NCBI GenBank assembly: GCA_025786725.1
Contig: JAHLTZ010000007.1
Span: forward strand, 682,001-746,000
Length of the DNA: 64,000 bases
Origin: Syncephalis fuscata S228
Lineage: Eukaryota > Fungi > Zoopagomycota
Direction of reading: 5' to 3'
The translations under genes were made by a program, and so were the position numbers. Positions 58,085 through 64,000 of this stretch are shown piece after piece. Each line of letters begins with the position of its first letter. The first letter of the stretch is position 1. The notes under the pieces were generated by a model. It was given only the letters and a program-made list of their open reading frames with translations, was not told the DNA's origin and made no database searches.

Positions 58085-58591
58085 TTAACGACTCATGTTT
58101 TCACGCATGTCAGATACACCTAGGAAAATGGTGGTGACCTCGTTGAGCGAGCCCTTACGACGGCCATTCCAGCCGCGGCAGGTGTTGACGCCAATATCGG
58201 CCGATGGCATAAAATGCAATGGAGCCACATCGGGGAGCTGGTTGTGGCAGCTAGTTGGCCACACCGGCTTACGATGTACAGGCATGCTGCGCTGGGCCAG
58301 CGAACGGATGGCCTCAAGCTCTGCGCGGCTTGCATCTTGTTGAGGCTGCTGGTTCTCGTCAGCTTCATCGATCTTCCACTCCTGGCCAAGTAGCTGGCCA
58401 ATGGTTTTTTGCATTGCGCTACGCGCATGAATAAACCGGCCGGGGTGTTGGCGGAAACGAGCGGATCGGTCGGTATCGGCTGCTAGGCAACGTGCCGTGG
58501 GAGTTGGCGGGCGATACGGATGGAATGGACTGCGATTGTGCATGCTGCCAACACTGCCGTAGGTGGGCGTGGGTGCGACGACGGTCTGCAT
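58085..58591 (-). CDS. Hypothetical 168-aa protein
   Basis: GC-rich single-exon ORF with ATG, standing out from AT-rich flanks; upstream TATA-like element and pyrimidine-rich leader. Confidence 0.6.
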   Translation of the reverse strand: MQTVVAPTPTYGSVGSMHNRSPFHPYRPPTPTARCLAADTDRSARFRQHPGRFIHARSAMQKTIGQLLGQEWKIDEADENQQPQQDASRAELEAIRSLAQRSMPVHRKPVWPTSCHNQLPDVAPLHFMPSADIGVNTCRGWNGRRKGSLNEVTTIFLGVSDMRENMSR

Positions 58592-58890
58592 GACTAGGAT
58601 AGAATAAACAGATGCGATTAAAGCAAAAAGTCGTAAGAAACAGAAAATAGCAACGTTGATGCGTAGTTTGCAAAACGTTGGATCGTAAAAGCAAATATCT
58701 ATTGGTGCCGAAGCTTCTATGGGATAATTTGATATATGGGTTGTCTACTTGTTCGGTTGGGTTGGTAGGTTGTTGTTATTGTTGACAAAACAAGATGGTC
58801 CTTAGGCGGAAGCTGCACAAGTTGTCGTATAAGCGTAGAATTGATGAGTTGGTATGATACTGACGGAGAAGCCGAAAGTAAAATACAGGT

Positions 58891-58900
58891 CCTTATATAT
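58891..58900 (-). promoter_or_regulatory. Putative TATA box for the 58085-58591 gene
   Basis: ATATATAAGG on the minus strand ~300 nt upstream of the ATG, followed by CT/CAA-rich sequence. Confidence 0.4.
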
Positions 58901-60038
58901 TTCTAGTGGGCTACCCGCATGTTTGTAAAGCTGCAAAGAACAGACGCGTCCTCCGTTATTCTCTACAACATAGCAGGCACTTACTGTTGCCCATCTATCG
59001 CCACCGGGAAATCCACCAATACCGCGTCATTATCTCGCTACTGCACAAGTGACTGGTGCAAAAAAGGCTGCACTAGAAACCGCTCAGCACCAAGGATGCC
59101 GACTGTGGCCGCGATGTAGCTGTGCAGGCATTTGCATCGAAACATCTGCGACTGTGCTAGTTATGTTGCCGCTGGCAAATATCAGTTATGCCATTGGTGA
59201 TATGCATAGCCATGCTGCAGATAACTGTCAGGCACTCGAGTGATATCTGCGAGTGTACTATTTCATTGACCAATCGTGTCAACGGAACACGGTCACTGCG
59301 TGTGGACAATCAATACCAATAGCACCTATCCATTCATAGCATTTGCGTATTTCAAATAAATCCTTGTTGTTGTTTTGAGAGTAGGGCCGACCATAAACGG
59401 TCATCTACATTTGATAACAACATATTGCACGAGATGGCGTGCACCAGGGCAAATGTTCTATTTTATTTATATTTACTGCACGTATAGTTGCATGCATGGA
59501 ATTCGGACATTCTTGTATTTACGACTGTTTGTTCAATTATCAATAGCATGGTAGGTCTGCTAGTAATACTGCATATGGGGAATTTACTGAGGCCGCTTTG
59601 CATATTCATATTATTAATCGGCCACGTCAAGTGAGAGGGAGTAACCACGGTAGTGTGATAGTACGCTCATATCCACATGAGTTGCTATTATTGCAATAAC
59701 TACTCTACAATATCAAGACTAGCTAATTGTAATCAATGCTTAAAATAAATACGTCTATAGCAGTAATAGTAATATAATATCGGATAATTTATTGTATAAT
59801 CTGTTAATCTAACATTGGCAATAATCATAATCCAGCTCTAATTTCTGTGATCATTTATTAGTAGAGCAATTTATTAATTATTCATTAAATTAGTTGGCCA
59901 TAATGACGCTAGAAATAAATCCCATGGTTTATAGTTTTCAAGTGACGTTCGTTCGCAACGTACAAATATTGTTTATTTGTAATTGCCAACTTTATTAATA
60001 CGCCATCTCTTGCTAGTTGATCAATAGCCAAACACAAA

Positions 60039-61616
60039 ATGTATCGTATCCAACAGGAGAGTATCCTAGCGCTGGAACAGCCATTGCTTAAGGTAAGTAG
60101 AGCTGTGCCTAAAGTGAGTACGTTGAATTGACGACTCGACCTCTAGGTGCCGTACGAACAATTGCGACGACATGAACGCACACGGCAAAAGTACTGCGAA
60201 AAAGAATTCGGCAATCATCAGAATACTATGAAGAAGTTATGCCGAGACGTGCAACAATCGCCGTCGGCCGACACTGCGGCCATGACAAAAGTGCTAGATG
60301 GTATGGCAAAACGACTTGGTCAGCTTAAACGAAAGGTAGACGATAATCGATAGTGTTCCTTTACACTACAGTTAGACTAATGATAGATTAAATCATCTTT
60401 ATTTGTTGCCGGTACTAGTTGCTGGATATTGATAATGAGCAACAGCAAGTAGTTGGACGTATCGACGTGCGATTCAACCATCTTAGCGATCTTTGTCATG
60501 CCGAAACATTTGAATCGACTGAATGGAGACGATGGGCAGATACGAAGGTTAATCGCGTACTTGCCGACTATTTACTACGCGAAAACTGGCATAAAACAGC
60601 CGACCAGTTAGTACATACTTATAAAATTGAAGTAAGTAGAAAATAGTAATATGAAATAATATAAACTTGATTATTATTATTATTAGAAAATGGTCGATTC
60701 GGGTCTATTTGATCAAGCACAGCTTATTGCTTCTTCATTGCTTGAACAACGATCTGTTGAAGCACTTAAATGGTGTACAGATAACAAAAATGGACTACGT
60801 AAAATTAAAGTAAGCGACACATTGCCACCATTGATATAATCAATATCAAAACAATTAATTAGTAAATAATACATTGATTAGAACACACTTGAATTCCAGT
60901 TACGCATTCAAGATTTTGTTGAATTGACACGTCAGCGACAAAATCTTGAAGCAATTCAATATGCACGTACACATTTTACATCACTACTTGCCGAAACACT
61001 CGCCGAAGGTGATACGGATCGACACGAGGAATTGATGCGACAAGTATGCCAAACGATGACGCTGCTAGCATTTGATTGTGATGACACGACAGCACCCTAT
61101 CATTCGCTCTACTCGCTCGAGCGATGGCACCTGCTTAAAGAGGCATTTCTTTCGGCGCATGTTAAACTACATTCATTACCGCTACGCTCTCTGTTATCGG
61201 TTTCGCTGCAAGCGGGTCTATCCACGCTTAAAACGATTCAATGTAGCACGATCATCGATGCACGATTAAAAAACGGCGAGCGTGATACTAATGCCATGTC
61301 TATTACTTCTTCCGACACGGCCGATACCAAAACAAATTACGGTGTACGTGCAGCTGCTTGTCCAGCCTGTGCCATCCCACTCGACACTATTACGGCTCAT
61401 TTACCTCGAGCTCATCATGAACACTCGTTGCTTATATGTCGTATTAGTGGTCGACTACTAGGCGGATCTGAATCGGCGTGTTGTGGTCCCAATGGTGAAG
61501 TTTATTCACGTAAAGCATTAGAGGAATTGGCCGCGCAAAATAACGGTATTATTCGGTGTCCCATTACAGGTGATCAATTTCAAATGAAAGATGTCCAGCG
61601 TGTTTTTATCATGTAA
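60039..61616 (+). CDS. FYV10: GID/CTLH E3 ligase subunit Fyv10/Gid9/MAEA, 5 exons
   Basis: LALEQPLLKVPYEQLRR; LisH [61 protein letters not shown]; CPAC...LPRAHHEHSLLICRISG...CPITG. Confidence 0.92.
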
Positions 61617-61715
61617 ATAGATGTAAAAGCATAGTCTTTTATTTAATTCATCACGTTATCACAATTATAAATAAATCATAGTAGACATTAATACATAGTT
61701 TATTATTCATTTTAC

Positions 61716-64000
61716 TTATAAATTGATGGCTGGTGCTGAAATTGCTTGATGTTCACCATCATGATTTGCTCCAAAGCCAAATCCTTTAAATGCTCGACGA
61801 CGTGCTAAATTGCCACCATCACCGTAAAGTCGATCCCATCGTCGTAATTCCGTAAGTGTCTGCATTTCCTCCGACGAACTAGGCGCAATTTCACGTAATG
61901 CAAGATCAAAATGTTTTTGTAAAATAATTCTACCTGTTGGATTGTGTAACTGGTCTTCTTTTCTCTTATCTTCCTTATCATCATCCTTAATTTCTTCTTT
62001 TTCCTCTTCTTCTTTACTTTCGCTGTCATTATCGTGTTGTTTTTGCTTTTGCATTCGCATTTGTAATAATAAATTGAAATCAAGCAATTCATGCTCTTCA
62101 CCTGTTGCAGTGCCGGTTACTTGTTCTCGAAGTGCCGCTAATGCTGCAGTAACGCATACATTCTTTAAATCAGAGCCAGAGTACAATGGCGTCTTATGAG
62201 CCAATGCAGCAGTTGTAACACCTTCTCCAAGCTGTTCATTCACCAAATGTTTATCAAGAATCCGTTGTCGATCATGAACAGATGGCAGATCCACTATAAT
62301 AGATATTAATACAACACAAATACTTGTGCACTCACTTACCTAGTATTCTACGTGGCATGCGTCGTAGTACAGCATCATCAAGATCAAATGGCCTATTCGT
62401 TGCACATAACACAGTGATACCACGATTATCTACCCCTGAACGCAATCCATCCCATTCAGCCATGAATTGATTGACTGTTTCTCGTTTCCCTGAACTAACA
62501 CCATCTGAGCCTCGAGAATTAAATAGTGCATCCACTTCATCAATGAAAATAACACAAGGTGACATTTTACGGGCCATTGAAAAGATAGCTTGAACGTTCT
62601 TTTCACTTTCGCCGACATATTTATCGTAAATATCGGATCCTTTAATTTCCAACATGGTGGCACCACTCTCGGCGGCCACTGCTTTGGCCAGTAGTGTTTT
62701 ACCAGTACCGGGTGGTCCAAATAGCAGAATACCAGTCAATGCATGATCCGAGAGTACACCATGTGCGAAATGATTTGGATATAAAAGTGGCAGAGATATA
62801 AGTGTTTGTAATGCACGAATGGTGCTAGAAGCGGCAATAACATTTTTAAAAGATCCTTTCATGCTGCCTAATAATAAATAAAACGTATTAATAATCTAAA
62901 TAACAATGACATTATCAATAACTTACCTGGATCAACTAAACAATTAAGTAAGCGTCGTTCATATGTATTAAACTTTGCCCGTTGTAATTGCTGTGCATGT
63001 CGCTGTGAGGCTAATGTTTGCCATAGCCCTTTATCTTCAGCTTCCTCCTCATCAGTTGTAAACAGATCACTATCAAATATACTATTCTGAAGATCGGGAC
63101 AAACAATGTCACTTATCGCTTTACTAACATGTTTATCTGTCACAAGTAATTGATCCGTTTTACTACTGGTATTAGTATCTGTTAGTGATTGTCGTTGCTG
63201 TTGTTGAGCCAGCCCCACAGCTGTATTAATAACACGCGTTGTATAATCATATGGCCAAATCTCTCCCATAAGATAGTCTGTCAGATCTTCAACGTTATCC
63301 AATGCAGATAAAACACCACGTTTACGTAACATTCGTTGCATATTACGAATATTAAGTCGTTTAATTCGCTGGAAGTGTATTTTTGTCAATTGTTCTTCAT
63401 TTAGTACAGCAGCTGTCGTTGTTGCTGTTGTTGAATCTGCTATTTCTTCAACAGTTAAAGGCACTGATACTTTTGGCATTGGTACCCGTACTGGTATAAA
63501 GGCATCCCATATGCCAGGATGGCCGTTAAGTGGTGCAGATAAGTCGAAATGGGCTGGAAATGTTAACGAGTCACCACAAGAGACTACCAAAGCCACTTGA
63601 ACACCATCACGTCGAGCATATTGAATGGCTCTCAAGATAGCAAATAAAGCAATTTGACCAACATAAGTACAGCTTAAATCAATCGCCTCTGTAACATGAA
63701 TCAGCAATGGCTTGGGCGTTGGTGTATCTTGCGCTGATTTAGAGGCCAATTTCGTAAATAGTTGATGAAATGTTGCAGTCATTCTATCCTCTAAATGGAT
63801 TTACGTAAATTTAATTTTCTACTTATTTGAGTAATTAAATCATCCATTTTTGGTGTCAATGATGGAATACTAACACGTGTTGTTGTTAATGGATTATCTA
63901 GTAGCTGTTCATGATACTGTTCAGCATCTTTGAAGAAATAAGGTGAATAATAAGGTGTCGGATTAATTGCATGTCTATTATCAATAGTCGTCCTTTTACT
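61716..64000 (-). CDS. AAA+ ATPase of the Msp1/ATAD1/spastin clade (5' part outside window)
   Basis: GILLFGPPGTGKT; KYVGESEK; IFIDEVDA; NQFMAEWDG; ATNRPFDLDDAVLRRMPRR; YSGSDLKNVC; degenerate upstream domain. Confidence 0.9.

Overview
AT-rich, intron-dense eukaryotic genomic DNA with short (~45-110 nt) GT-AG introns. The velvet factor, OPT, Doa10 and Fyv10 genes point to a fungus; an early-diverging lineage is my inference. Contents in order: 3' end of an atypical protein kinase; a head-to-head pair of paralogous TPR genes; Doa10/MARCH6 RING-CH ligase; a decayed intronless OPT transporter pseudogene; a VelB-like velvet regulator with an apparently very long 5' leader; glutathione synthetase; a PPR protein; a USP4/15/Ubp12-type deubiquitinase; tRNA-Val(AAC); PIG-L/GPI12; a PPIL1-type cyclophilin absent from the ORF track; a small orphan protein; a CobD/HisC-like PLP enzyme; an orphan with an internal repeat; ORC4; a YdfG/YMR226C-like SDR; a multi-pass membrane protein; a second orphan; Fyv10/MAEA; and the 3' part of an AAA ATPase. 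Main oddities: (i) at least 15 frame breaks in six otherwise intact genes, all repaired by adding one base, most likely consensus error, although two fall at the equivalent position in the TPR paralogues; (ii) strong G>A/C>T bias in the OPT pseudogene and among repeat copies; (iii) three dispersed repeat families; (iv) a GC-AG intron in ORC4. No CRISPR array, rRNA or intact transposon was seen, and no novel multi-gene system can be firmly established from sequence alone.
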